The notes under the pieces: model-generated
Told to the model about the DNA's origin: nothing
Seen by the model: the letters and a program-made list of their open reading frames with translations, nothing else
The model's database searches: none
Program-made: the position numbers and the translations under genes
Shown here: positions 20,216-28,995 of the stretch, one piece after another
Layout: each line of letters opens with the position of its first letter
Position numbering within the stretch: position 1 is the stretch's first letter
Assembly: GCA_965227295.1 (NCBI GenBank)
Contig: OZ245742.1
Coordinates: 4,384,001 to 4,448,000 of the forward strand
From: Leptonemataceae bacterium
GTDB lineage: Bacteria; Spirochaetota; Leptospiria; Leptospirales; Leptonemataceae
DNA length: 64,000 nucleotides
Reading direction: 5' to 3'

Positions 20216-21400
20216 ATGTCTCGCAAAAAGAACAAACAGTCCGACGCATCCGCCCGAAACAGCAAACACCGGCGCGCCGTGGTGAGCCGCATCTTCGGCG
20301 CCTACTACGATCTGTTGCCCCTGCCCGAACTGGAACCGGAACTGCGCGGGCGCCTGCGCGGGCGTCTGCGTCTGGAAGATCGGAGCGAAGACACCTCGTC
20401 CCGCCGCCCGGGCGAAGACGCCATGCGCCGTCGGCACCTGCTCATCGTCGGCGACCACGTCGATTACAGCCTCGATGCAAAACAGGAGCACGGCGCTATC
20501 GTCGAAGAACTGTGCGAACGCGAAAACGTCGTCTATCGCGCGCAGGGCCACGAGCTGCACAGCCTGGGAGCGAACCTGGATCGAGCGGTGGCGGTCATCA
20601 GTCTCGCCCGGCCGGCGCCGCGCTGGGGTTTCCTGGATCGATTTCTCGCGTCGTGCGCCGGTGGCGGCGTGGAGGCGCACATCGTCTTCAGCAAGATCGA
20701 CGCCGTCGCCGAAGAAGACCTGCCGGACATCGAACGCATGATCGATCTCTATCGGCGCCTGGGCTACGGCGTGTATGTACTGAATCTACTCGCGCCGGAG
20801 CAACACAACGGGGAAGTCGCCCGCATCACGGCCATCACGCGCAAAGGGGTGACGATGCTCGCGGGTCAGTCCGGTACCGGAAAGTCCACGCTGCTCAATC
20901 TCCTGCTGGGCACCGAGGTCCAGGAGACCGGCGAGGTCAGCGACAGCACCGGCAAGGGCCGGCACACCACGACAAACTCGCGCCTGTTCGTGCATACGAA
21001 TCGCACGGCGCTGTTCATCGACACGCCGGGCGTGAAGGATTGGGGCGTGCAGCACATCGGTCGAGAAGATTTGCTCGCCGGTTATCCCGAACTGCAACCG
21101 GCATTCGAAGACTGCGAGTTCCGCGACTGCCTGCACGAATCCGACTCCCGCGGCTGCGCCGTGCAGGCCGTGTTGCAGAAATCCCGAGAATTCTACCGTG
21201 AGTACTACGAGAAGATCGAAGACATCGAGGACGATCCCAACATCGCCGTGCCCGCCCACGAACCGGGCACGGTGCATCCGGAACGTCTCCGTAGCCTCGA
21301 AGCCATGATCGATTCGCTGAAATACTCTTTGAAAGTCCGCACGGGAGATTATATCAAAGCCACGGGACGTGTCCGCACCGGCAGGATCCCCGGGAATTGA
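20216..21400 (+). CDS. rsgA: Ribosome small subunit-dependent GTPase RsgA
   Basis: Circularly permuted GTPase (SKID, GQSGTGKST, GRHTTT, DTPG) plus CEFRDCLH..GC zinc finger. Confidence 0.95.
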   Translation: MSRKKNKQSDASARNSKHRRAVVSRIFGAYYDLLPLPELEPELRGRLRGRLRLEDRSEDTSSRRPGEDAMRRRHLLIVGDHVDYSLDAKQEHGAIVEELCERENVVYRAQGHELHSLGANLDRAVAVISLARPAPRWGFLDRFLASCAGGGVEAHIVFSKIDAVAEEDLPDIERMIDLYRRLGYGVYVLNLLAPEQHNGEVARITAITRKGVTMLAGQSGTGKSTLLNLLLGTEVQETGEVSDSTGKGRHTTTNSRLFVHTNRTALFIDTPGVKDWGVQHIGREDLLAGYPELQPAFEDCEFRDCLHESDSRGCAVQAVLQKSREFYREYYEKIEDIEDDPNIAVPAHEPGTVHPERLRSLEAMIDSLKYSLKVRTGDYIKATGRVRTGRIPGN

Positions 21401-21430
21401 ATTCCCGGGTCGCCGCGGTCGATATTTAAG

Positions 21431-23419
21431 ATGGTGCGCTTTCGAATCTTCACGTATGCCCTCGCCGCCGGAATCGCCGGCGTGCTGTTCCTTGTGCCCG
21501 GCCAGGTCTTCGCGGACTGCCCCGACGCCTTTCTGATCAACTCCGGTCGTCTCGACTCCGTGGATCTTTCCGGACGCTGGCGCTACCAGGCCCTGCCCGC
21601 GGCTCAGGCGGCCAACCCGGCGCCGGCCCGGCCGGACTTCGGTGACGACGGCTGGGGCCAGACGGCGGTGCCGGGAACCGTCGAAGCCATCATCCCGCGC
21701 ACGCAGTTTCGCAACAACGACTGGATCGTCTGGTATCGCTGCAACATCACCCTGCAGGGCGCGCCGCCGAAAGGCTACGGCCTCTATCTGGGATTGATGC
21801 GCCACGCGGACGCGGTCTACTTCAACGGACGCCGGGTCGGCCAGACCGGCGAGGTCGGCGGCAGCGCCATCGACATTGAAAAGCGACGGCTGTACTCTTT
21901 GCCGGCCTCGTTCTGGCAGCAGGGTCAGAACGTCATCGCCGTCCAGCTCCGGGCGGTTACACCGTACGGCGGTTTGTATGATGCGCCGGCGATCGTGGAA
22001 GAGCAGTCCGTGCGACGCTCGTTGATCTTGAGCGACGTGCCGAACATCGTCTTCTGTTCCATCTACATCCTGGTGGCGGCCTTCTTCGGGGTCTTCTACG
22101 TCTTCTTCTGGCACCAGTTGGAGAACCTGTTCTTCGCGCTGTTCTCGCTCTTCCTGGGCCTCTACAATCTCATCCGCACCGGGCTGCGCTACTGGTTCTT
22201 CAGCGACTTCGAGTTTTCCTGGCAGATGGAGCTGTTGCTGCTCTTCACATTGCCCTTTCTGTTCCTGGAATTCCTCACGCACCTGGTAAACGGGCGCCGC
22301 GGCGTGGTGCAGAAGATGATCTACGCCGGCTACGCCGTCCTCCTGCTCGCAACACTGGTCTTCGGGCAGAACCCCGACGCCTGGTACCCGCTGGTCTACA
22401 CGAACCTGGCGTTCCTGGTCGTCGTCATCGTCCTGGTATACGTCATTTTCCGGCGCAACTATGCCGAGCACCGGGACAAGCTGCGCTACCTGCTCATGGG
22501 ATTTCTGTCGATCATCCCGTTCATGATTCACGACATCCTGGACACCCTGGAACTCATCGAGTCCCCGCGCATCGTGGTCTTCGGATTCGTGATCTTCTTA
22601 GGTTTCGCCGCGATGCAGTTATCGAACTCCATCCTGGATTTGTATCGCGACATGAAAGAACAGGAACTGGGTCTGCGGCAGCTCGAAAAATCCAAGGCGC
22701 GCTCGATCTTCAACATCTCCACGGAATTCCAGCGCATCCTCCTGGGTTTTCGCGACGGACTGGGCGGCCTCCGCGGCGACGGCGGCAAACGCGCAAAGCC
22801 GGCACGCAAGAAGAAGGACGGGCGCAGCGTGCGGGGCGGCGACGGTACGGATCAGCAAATCCGCACGTCCACCATCAACCTGGAAAACCTGGTCAACGAC
22901 AGCAATCTACTGTACTTACTCGAAGCGGACGAGTACAACGAACGTCGCGTGCGTTTCAGCCTGCGGCGCCTGTGTGAGCAGGTCCTGGAACGCGCCGTCA
23001 TCGCCACGACACAAACGAAGAAACGCGTGCATGCCGAACTGCCGCCGGAAGAAGAAGAGATCACCGGTGACCCGGACCTCATCGCCACGGCACTCTATCA
23101 TCTTGTAGAAAACGCCCTGCTCTATTCTCTCGGCAAAGTCGAGGTGGGCGTCGAAAACCGCCGCGGCGAATTGCGTATGATCGTCCGCGACGAGGGTCCC
23201 GGCCTGCCCGGCGACCAACAACACGCCGTATTTCAAAAGTTCGTCCGCGGCCCGGACGCGGAGGATTCCGGCATCGCCGGCAGCGGCATCGGCCTGGCCA
23301 TCGTGGAGCTGATCGCCGGGTACCTGGACGGCAACGTGCGCCTGGAAGGCGGGGCCGGTTTCTTCTCGACCTTCGTATTCAGCGTGCCCCTGGCCGCAGC
23401 TCGGGAGGTCGGCGCTTAA
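21431..23419 (+). CDS. Galactose-binding-like + 7TM + HisKA-like (His->Thr) + HATPase sensor protein
   Basis: DLSGRW, WYR, FNGRRVG, NVIAV sugar-binding motifs; about 7 TM; H-box reads NISTEFQR; N/G1/G2 boxes present (LVENA, DEGPG, GSGIGL). Confidence 0.8.
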   Translation: MVRFRIFTYALAAGIAGVLFLVPGQVFADCPDAFLINSGRLDSVDLSGRWRYQALPAAQAANPAPARPDFGDDGWGQTAVPGTVEAIIPRTQFRNNDWIVWYRCNITLQGAPPKGYGLYLGLMRHADAVYFNGRRVGQTGEVGGSAIDIEKRRLYSLPASFWQQGQNVIAVQLRAVTPYGGLYDAPAIVEEQSVRRSLILSDVPNIVFCSIYILVAAFFGVFYVFFWHQLENLFFALFSLFLGLYNLIRTGLRYWFFSDFEFSWQMELLLLFTLPFLFLEFLTHLVNGRRGVVQKMIYAGYAVLLLATLVFGQNPDAWYPLVYTNLAFLVVVIVLVYVIFRRNYAEHRDKLRYLLMGFLSIIPFMIHDILDTLELIESPRIVVFGFVIFLGFAAMQLSNSILDLYRDMKEQELGLRQLEKSKARSIFNISTEFQRILLGFRDGLGGLRGDGGKRAKPARKKKDGRSVRGGDGTDQQIRTSTINLENLVNDSNLLYLLEADEYNERRVRFSLRRLCEQVLERAVIATTQTKKRVHAELPPEEEEITGDPDLIATALYHLVENALLYSLGKVEVGVENRRGELRMIVRDEGPGLPGDQQHAVFQKFVRGPDAEDSGIAGSGIGLAIVELIAGYLDGNVRLEGGAGFFSTFVFSVPLAAAREVGA

Positions 23420-25509
23420 TGTTCACACAGCTTAGCTTACGTTCCGCAAAAGTCTGCGCCGGCTTGATCCTCGGCCTGCTGCTGACTCCCGTCGGCCTGC
23501 TGCACGCGCAGATCCAGGACAACACCTGGCGTTACTCGTTCATCGACGACCCATACAACGCCCTGCCCGAGCAGACCGATGCGAACTGGAAGAGCGTCGA
23601 GTTACCGGCCAACCTGGCCTTGCTCGGCGCGCAGCCCGGCCGCGCGGTGTGGCTGCGCAAGTCCGTGTCGCTCAGCCGTTCCTCCGACGGGCGGACCCTG
23701 GCCCTGCGCCTGGGCGCCGTCTACGACCACGATCGCGTCTACATAAACGGCGAACTGATCGGCCGGGACGGCACGCGCTCGCTGCCCGTCAACGGCTACG
23801 GCCGCCCGCGCATCTATCCCATCCCCGACACCTTGCTCCGCAACGGCGAAAACCTCATCGCGATCCGCATTACGGGGGATTTCGTCAATCACATCGGCAT
23901 TACAAAAGGACCGGTGAGCATCCAGTTCTTGAACGAAGCGGAGTCCGGGCTGTGGGCGCGGGAACTGCGGCACCTGGTCTTCGCGGCACTCTACATCGCG
24001 TCCGGTATATTTTTTCTGATTCTCTTTCAACGCCTGCGCAACCGGCCGGAGTACTTCTGGTTCGGCCTGTTCGCGCTAACGTTCGGCCTGCAACAGTTTC
24101 TCGTAAACGAGATCCGCTTTGCGATTCTGGACTGGTTCTTCGTCTATAAATTGTTTGAGCAGCTCACGTACATTGCAATCCCCACCATCTACTTTTACTT
24201 TCACGCCGCCTTCTTCCAGGCCGAGCACCTCGAGTTGGGCCGCGGGCGACGACTCAATTTAAAGAGCGTCGGAATGATTTACGTCGCCGTGAACGCGCTG
24301 ACGGCCCTGGCAATCATCGTCACCATGTCGCCGTTGCTCTGGGACCGCATCATGACGTTCTGGTTCCCGATCAACCTGCCGTTCTTTCTCTACTTCCTGA
24401 TCTATACGTTCCGCCGGGCCGTGAACGAGGGCGAACGCGATGCCATTATCCTGGCCGTCGGCATCTCGCTCATGCTGCTCTCCACGTTGCAGTACTACGG
24501 CGTGGAGCGCGGGTTGATCTCCCCGCCCCACTACTTCACCGCCGGCGTCCTGATGTTCAATCTGACGCTGGCCTTCGCGTTGATCTACCGGCTCATCGAA
24601 CTTCAACTGGAAGTGGAACAACGCAGCCGGCGCCTGGATTCGGTCAACGTTCTGCGCGACCGCGTCTTTCATTACCTGAACACCTTCGTGCGCAAACCCG
24701 TGGAAAACATCAGCAGCCTGTCCGGCAGCCTGCTCGAGCATCGCAGCAACACCGCCGTCGCGGCGAACGGGACGCAGCAATCCTACGTCCGCGATCTCGA
24801 GGACGAGCTCGAACAATTGCAAACGAACCTGGACGACATCCTGGAACTCTCACGCCTGGAAGTCATCAGCGAGGCCGAGTACGTCGAGCAGGTGAACTTC
24901 CACGATTTTATTACGGCGGTCATTCCGCGCGGCGTCATTACGCATCACATCACGGTGAACCCGAACATCATACTGAACACGTCGCTCGAACTCGTGAACT
25001 CGCTGGTGATCCGCCTCATCGACTTCCCGGCCTTTCGTGAGTTTAAACACATCGACTTAATCATCACGTCGGATCTCAAAGGACACGTGCACTTCCGTTT
25101 CTTGATGTTCCACAACAACGTGCGCAAGACCCGCCAGCTCTACGAACTGCTTACCGGTCTGAATCCGGAGCGCGGCAGCCTGTGGGTTAAGTGGGCCATT
25201 GTGCGTGAAATCATTCGCATTCTCGAAGGGCATCTGGACATCAGCATCATCAATCGTAAGTTTCTGCGCATTGACATTGAACTGGCCGGTGAACTTCCGC
25301 AGAGCGGCGAACGTCGCCGTGGCGGCGCGGAACGCATCGCCATCGAAACCGTGGCGTCGTCGCATACGGCCGGGGCCGTGGACGGCGAAGCCCTGACCGA
25401 ACCGCTGCCCGTCGTGACCGCCGAGGCCCCGCCGCTGCCGAAGCTGCATCCGAACATGACGGTCGGCGAACTCGTGGAATACCTGAAAGCCAGGCTCCGA
25501 AGAAGGTGA
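23419..25509 (+). CDS. Galactose-binding-like + 7TM receptor with a degenerate kinase core
   Basis: WLRK, YINGELIG, PRIYPIP, GENLIAIR; about 7 TM; YLNTFVRKP...LDDILELSRLE HisKA remnant; no recognisable G boxes. Confidence 0.75.
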   Translation: MFTQLSLRSAKVCAGLILGLLLTPVGLLHAQIQDNTWRYSFIDDPYNALPEQTDANWKSVELPANLALLGAQPGRAVWLRKSVSLSRSSDGRTLALRLGAVYDHDRVYINGELIGRDGTRSLPVNGYGRPRIYPIPDTLLRNGENLIAIRITGDFVNHIGITKGPVSIQFLNEAESGLWARELRHLVFAALYIASGIFFLILFQRLRNRPEYFWFGLFALTFGLQQFLVNEIRFAILDWFFVYKLFEQLTYIAIPTIYFYFHAAFFQAEHLELGRGRRLNLKSVGMIYVAVNALTALAIIVTMSPLLWDRIMTFWFPINLPFFLYFLIYTFRRAVNEGERDAIILAVGISLMLLSTLQYYGVERGLISPPHYFTAGVLMFNLTLAFALIYRLIELQLEVEQRSRRLDSVNVLRDRVFHYLNTFVRKPVENISSLSGSLLEHRSNTAVAANGTQQSYVRDLEDELEQLQTNLDDILELSRLEVISEAEYVEQVNFHDFITAVIPRGVITHHITVNPNIILNTSLELVNSLVIRLIDFPAFREFKHIDLIITSDLKGHVHFRFLMFHNNVRKTRQLYELLTGLNPERGSLWVKWAIVREIIRILEGHLDISIINRKFLRIDIELAGELPQSGERRRGGAERIAIETVASSHTAGAVDGEALTEPLPVVTAEAPPLPKLHPNMTVGELVEYLKARLRRR

Positions 25510-25540
25510 AGAGTAAATATAAAATCAAGTTAAGTTAGTA

Positions 25541-25660
25541 TGGGCGCGTCGGCGCTACGCGCCGACCGGGCTTTCCAGGGCTCCGCCTTCGGCTGCGGTC
25601 CTCCGCTTCGCTCCGGACTTGCGGCTACGCCGCAACCCTTCCAATCCCTCGCGCGAAGAA
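25541..25660 (-). repeat. Family A element
   Basis: The reverse complement begins TTCTTCGCGCGAGGGATTGGAAGGGTTGCGG and ends ACGCGCCCA. Confidence 0.8.
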
Positions 25661-25744
25661 GAAGAGTCGCGAATTCTCGGTTCGAGCGACCACGAGTCAT
25701 AGAAAAGACTTGCGTCCACGCCGACGGCAAAGGCATCTACAAAT

Positions 25745-27028
25745 ATGGCGAACGCGAAACTGGAAATCAACGGACAGAACTACGAGTTGCCCATCGTCGA
25801 AGGGACTGACGGACAACAGGCCCTGGACGTCACCGAACTGAAAGAAAAGACCGGCTTCTTTACCTACGATCCGACGCTCAACAACACCGCGGTCGCCCGC
25901 AGCGAAATCACGCGCATCGATTCTAAGAACGGCAAGCTGCTGTATCGCGGCTACGACGTGGAGGACCTGGTGGACCAGTCCACGTTCGTCGAGACCTCGT
26001 ACCTGTTGTTTAACGGCGAACTGCCCGGCCAGGAAGAGTACAAGAATTACTCGGCCCTGTTAAGCAATCACAGCATGGTGCACGAGTCCATGCGCAACGT
26101 CTTCGACGCCTTCCCGGGCAACGCGCACCCCCTCGCCATTCTTGCGACCATGGTCACGGCCCTGTCCAGTTACTATCCGGAGACCTTCGAGGACAACATC
26201 CGTATGGGCGTCGACCAACGCACGCGCTTGCTCGCCAAGGTCCGCACGCTCGCCGCCTGGGCCTACAAAAAGTCCATCGGCCATCCGGTCATCTATCCCC
26301 GGGACGAGCTGCCGTACTGTCACAACCTTTTGAACATGATGTTCGCCGTTCCGGCGGAGCCGTACACGGTACCCGACGACGACGCCAAGTTACTGAACCA
26401 GATCTTCATCCTCTACAGCGATCACGAACAGAACTCGGCCACGTCCACCGTGCGCTTCATCTCCAGTACGAAAGCGAACCTCTTCGTCTGCATCAATGCC
26501 GGCATCAGCACGCTCTGGGGGGCGCGGGAAGCCGCTTACACCGTGCACACCATTCCCATGCTGGAAACCATGCACAACAACGGCCTCACCGCGGAGCAGT
26601 TCTTCGCCGAGTTCATCAACGGCGAGAAGAAACTCAAGTCCCCGGCTTTCGGTCACCGCAAGTACGCCACCGTCGACCCGCGCGCGGCCATCTCCCGGCG
26701 CCTCTTCCACGACTATCTAAAAAACCATCCAAGCGGCCGCGACAATCCGCTCGTGCGCAAGGGCCTGGAAGTCGAAGAGTTCATGCTCGGTCATCCGTTC
26801 TTTAAGGAATTCGGGCTGTATCCGAACCTGGATTTTTACTCGGCGCTGTCGTTCATGACCATGGGCATCCCGCGCAGTATGTACAACGTCATGCGCGTCA
26901 TCGGCAAAATGGCCGGCTGGCTCGCCCACTGGGAAGAGGAACGCCGCATTACGCCGAAGCCCGTGCGCCCGCAGCAAATCTACGCGGGGGTGCCGAACCG
27001 GGAATACGTGCCTCTGGAAAAAAGATGA
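25745..27028 (+). CDS. Type II citrate synthase homologue lacking the GPxHGGA catalytic His
   Basis: LLYRGY, SDHEQN, FGHRKY..DPRA and YPNLDFYS are present; LWGAREAAY replaces LWGPAHGGA. Confidence 0.88.
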   Translation: MANAKLEINGQNYELPIVEGTDGQQALDVTELKEKTGFFTYDPTLNNTAVARSEITRIDSKNGKLLYRGYDVEDLVDQSTFVETSYLLFNGELPGQEEYKNYSALLSNHSMVHESMRNVFDAFPGNAHPLAILATMVTALSSYYPETFEDNIRMGVDQRTRLLAKVRTLAAWAYKKSIGHPVIYPRDELPYCHNLLNMMFAVPAEPYTVPDDDAKLLNQIFILYSDHEQNSATSTVRFISSTKANLFVCINAGISTLWGAREAAYTVHTIPMLETMHNNGLTAEQFFAEFINGEKKLKSPAFGHRKYATVDPRAAISRRLFHDYLKNHPSGRDNPLVRKGLEVEEFMLGHPFFKEFGLYPNLDFYSALSFMTMGIPRSMYNVMRVIGKMAGWLAHWEEERRITPKPVRPQQIYAGVPNREYVPLEKR

Positions 27029-27174
27029 CTCCGAGGACCGAGGTATCGAGGAGACTACGACGAGGGCGCTCGTAAGCGCCAGGCACGCAGGCTGAGCATG
27101 CATGCCTGGCCAGGAAGCCTCTCACAATACGACCATCCTCCCGAAAAACCTCGGAACCTCGGTCCTCGGAGTCA
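27026..27174. repeat. Family B element with perfect 19-bp terminal inverted repeats
   Basis: TGACTCCGAGGACCGAGGT (27026-27044) / ACCTCGGTCCTCGGAGTCA (27156-27174). Confidence 0.9.
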
Positions 27175-27489
27175 CTTCTTCTTAAGCGCCTTCGACTTCC
27201 CGCGCCGCCCCATGAACCAGTCGATGATCGGCTGCAAAAACGGGATGCGCACGCGCAACTTCGCGAGCGCCGTGAACAGCAACGCCGCGGCGGCACCCTC
27301 GTCCAACCAACCGATGATCGGCACGGCGTCCGTAAATTCCGGGATGACGATCCACACCGCGCAGAGTACCGCCACGATGATCCACACGATCCGCTGAAAC
27401 AACGTCAGCGGCACGTCCTCGTCCTGACCGTCGCGGACGATCTCGGGTTCGATGACCTTGCGTTCTTCGATGTCCTGTTTATCCGGCAT
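27172..27489 (-). CDS. DUF1232/YkvA-like small membrane protein
   Basis: IVIPEFTDAVPIIGWLDE motif. Confidence 0.65.
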   Translation of the reverse strand: MPDKQDIEERKVIEPEIVRDGQDEDVPLTLFQRIVWIIVAVLCAVWIVIPEFTDAVPIIGWLDEGAAAALLFTALAKLRVRIPFLQPIIDWFMGRRGKSKALKKK

Positions 27490-28009
27490 ATGATTCCCCG
27501 TCTTCTTCGTCGGTGTACAGGCGCCGGAGCGCCTGCTCGGTTTGTTCAAAGTTGAAGCCCCGGTACTGGAGCGCGGAACGCAGCGACTTTTCCGGATCGT
27601 CCTTGCTCGCGGCCCCGCGCTCTTTCTTGCGCAGCGTCACCAGTGCGGCCTCGATCCACTCCTCGCGTTCCACCTCGTCCAGGACCAGATCCACCACGTC
27701 GCGCGGAACCGAACGCTGCATAAGATCCTGGCGGATGTACATGGGCCCGTAGCCGTCCAGCATGCGATGTTCGGTGCGATTGCGGGCGAAGCGCTCGTCG
27801 TCGATCCAGCCTTCGTCGCTCAGAATCTCGAGCACCGTGTCGAAGTCCTCGGCGAAACAGAGCTGCTTTTTCTTGAGCTGCTCAATCACCTCGCCACTGG
27901 ACCGATCCCGCGCCGACAGAAACCGGCCGAGCGCCGGCACCACGTCGCGCATGAGCTCGGTGCGTCGTTCATCAAACAAGTTTCCCATAATTACAACTTT
28001 GCGGCTCAT
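27479..28009 (-). CDS. recX: Regulatory protein RecX
   Basis: LSARDRS..E, WIDDERFA, GYGPMYIRQDL, LQYRGF. Confidence 0.88.
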   Translation of the reverse strand: MSRKVVIMGNLFDERRTELMRDVVPALGRFLSARDRSSGEVIEQLKKKQLCFAEDFDTVLEILSDEGWIDDERFARNRTEHRMLDGYGPMYIRQDLMQRSVPRDVVDLVLDEVEREEWIEAALVTLRKKERGAASKDDPEKSLRSALQYRGFNFEQTEQALRRLYTDEEDGESYAG

Positions 28010-28045
28010 GCCGATAAAGACCCGTACATCGGCGATTCGTGTACC

Positions 28046-28870
28046 TTAAGCCGACTTGCGAAAGTGCAGGTTCCACAGATTGTCCTTCGGCCGCGCCTCC
28101 CGGACCGTGTAGTCGCCCTCGACGGCAATCGTTTCCAGCCCGGCTTCTTTCGCAAAGGCCTGCACCTCGGCGATCTCATAGTAACGCTGCACGTGCCGCT
28201 CGGCCTGCACGATCTGTTCTCCGGCGCGCCGATCCGCCGCACGAAATTCCAGGACCGAGAGCATCTCTTTCGTCCGGCGATCGTAGGAGTTACTCCAGAC
28301 CAGACGATACGGGCCCAGGCGTGCCACCGTGGTCTTGCCGTCGAAGTTTCCCAGGATGTTGCTCAACGACACGAAGTCTACCGAGTACAGGCCGCCCGGG
28401 CTCAGGATGCGCGCGGCTTCCCGGAAGTGACGCCGCAAATCGTCCGGGTTGGTAAGATAGTTCAGACTATCGTGCGTGCAAACCAGAAACGAGCGGCTCC
28501 GCTCCCGCAGCGGCATGCGTTCCAGGCGAGAACGATAGAAGCGCACCCCGGGCAGGGCTTCCCGCGCACGATCCAGCATGGCCCCGGAACGGTCCAGGCC
28601 CTCCCGGCGCAGTTTCGCGGGGAAATGCCCGAGCAAACTCCCGGTCCCGCAGGCCAGGTCCAGGACCGCCGTCGCCTCCGTGCCGGTGAGCCGGCGATGG
28701 GCGCGGCGCAGATAACCGGCCCACTCCCCGTACGGGACGTGCTCCATGTAGCGATCGTAGACCCGGGCGAAGATCTCGTAGTTGTCCGGCTCGCCCGCCG
28801 CGGCGGGGGCCGGGGGCGCCAGGCCGGCCTGAACATCGGCGGCGAGAGATTTGCGTTTTTTGCCCGTCAT
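28046..28870 (-). CDS. Class I SAM-dependent methyltransferase
   Basis: FARVYD, VLDLACGTG, DSLNYL, LSPGG. Confidence 0.88.
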   Translation of the reverse strand: MTGKKRKSLAADVQAGLAPPAPAAAGEPDNYEIFARVYDRYMEHVPYGEWAGYLRRAHRRLTGTEATAVLDLACGTGSLLGHFPAKLRREGLDRSGAMLDRAREALPGVRFYRSRLERMPLRERSRSFLVCTHDSLNYLTNPDDLRRHFREAARILSPGGLYSVDFVSLSNILGNFDGKTTVARLGPYRLVWSNSYDRRTKEMLSVLEFRAADRRAGEQIVQAERHVQRYYEIAEVQAFAKEAGLETIAVEGDYTVREARPKDNLWNLHFRKSA

Positions 28871-28995
28871 TTATGAGATTTTACTTGTCTTCTACGACTT
28901 TAAAGAAGAAAGCTGTAGCTTTTAATGCGACATAATCCGGGATCACATTCACCCCGATTGGGCGGCGCCTTCCTCTATCTGTTCGGAGAATCCGC

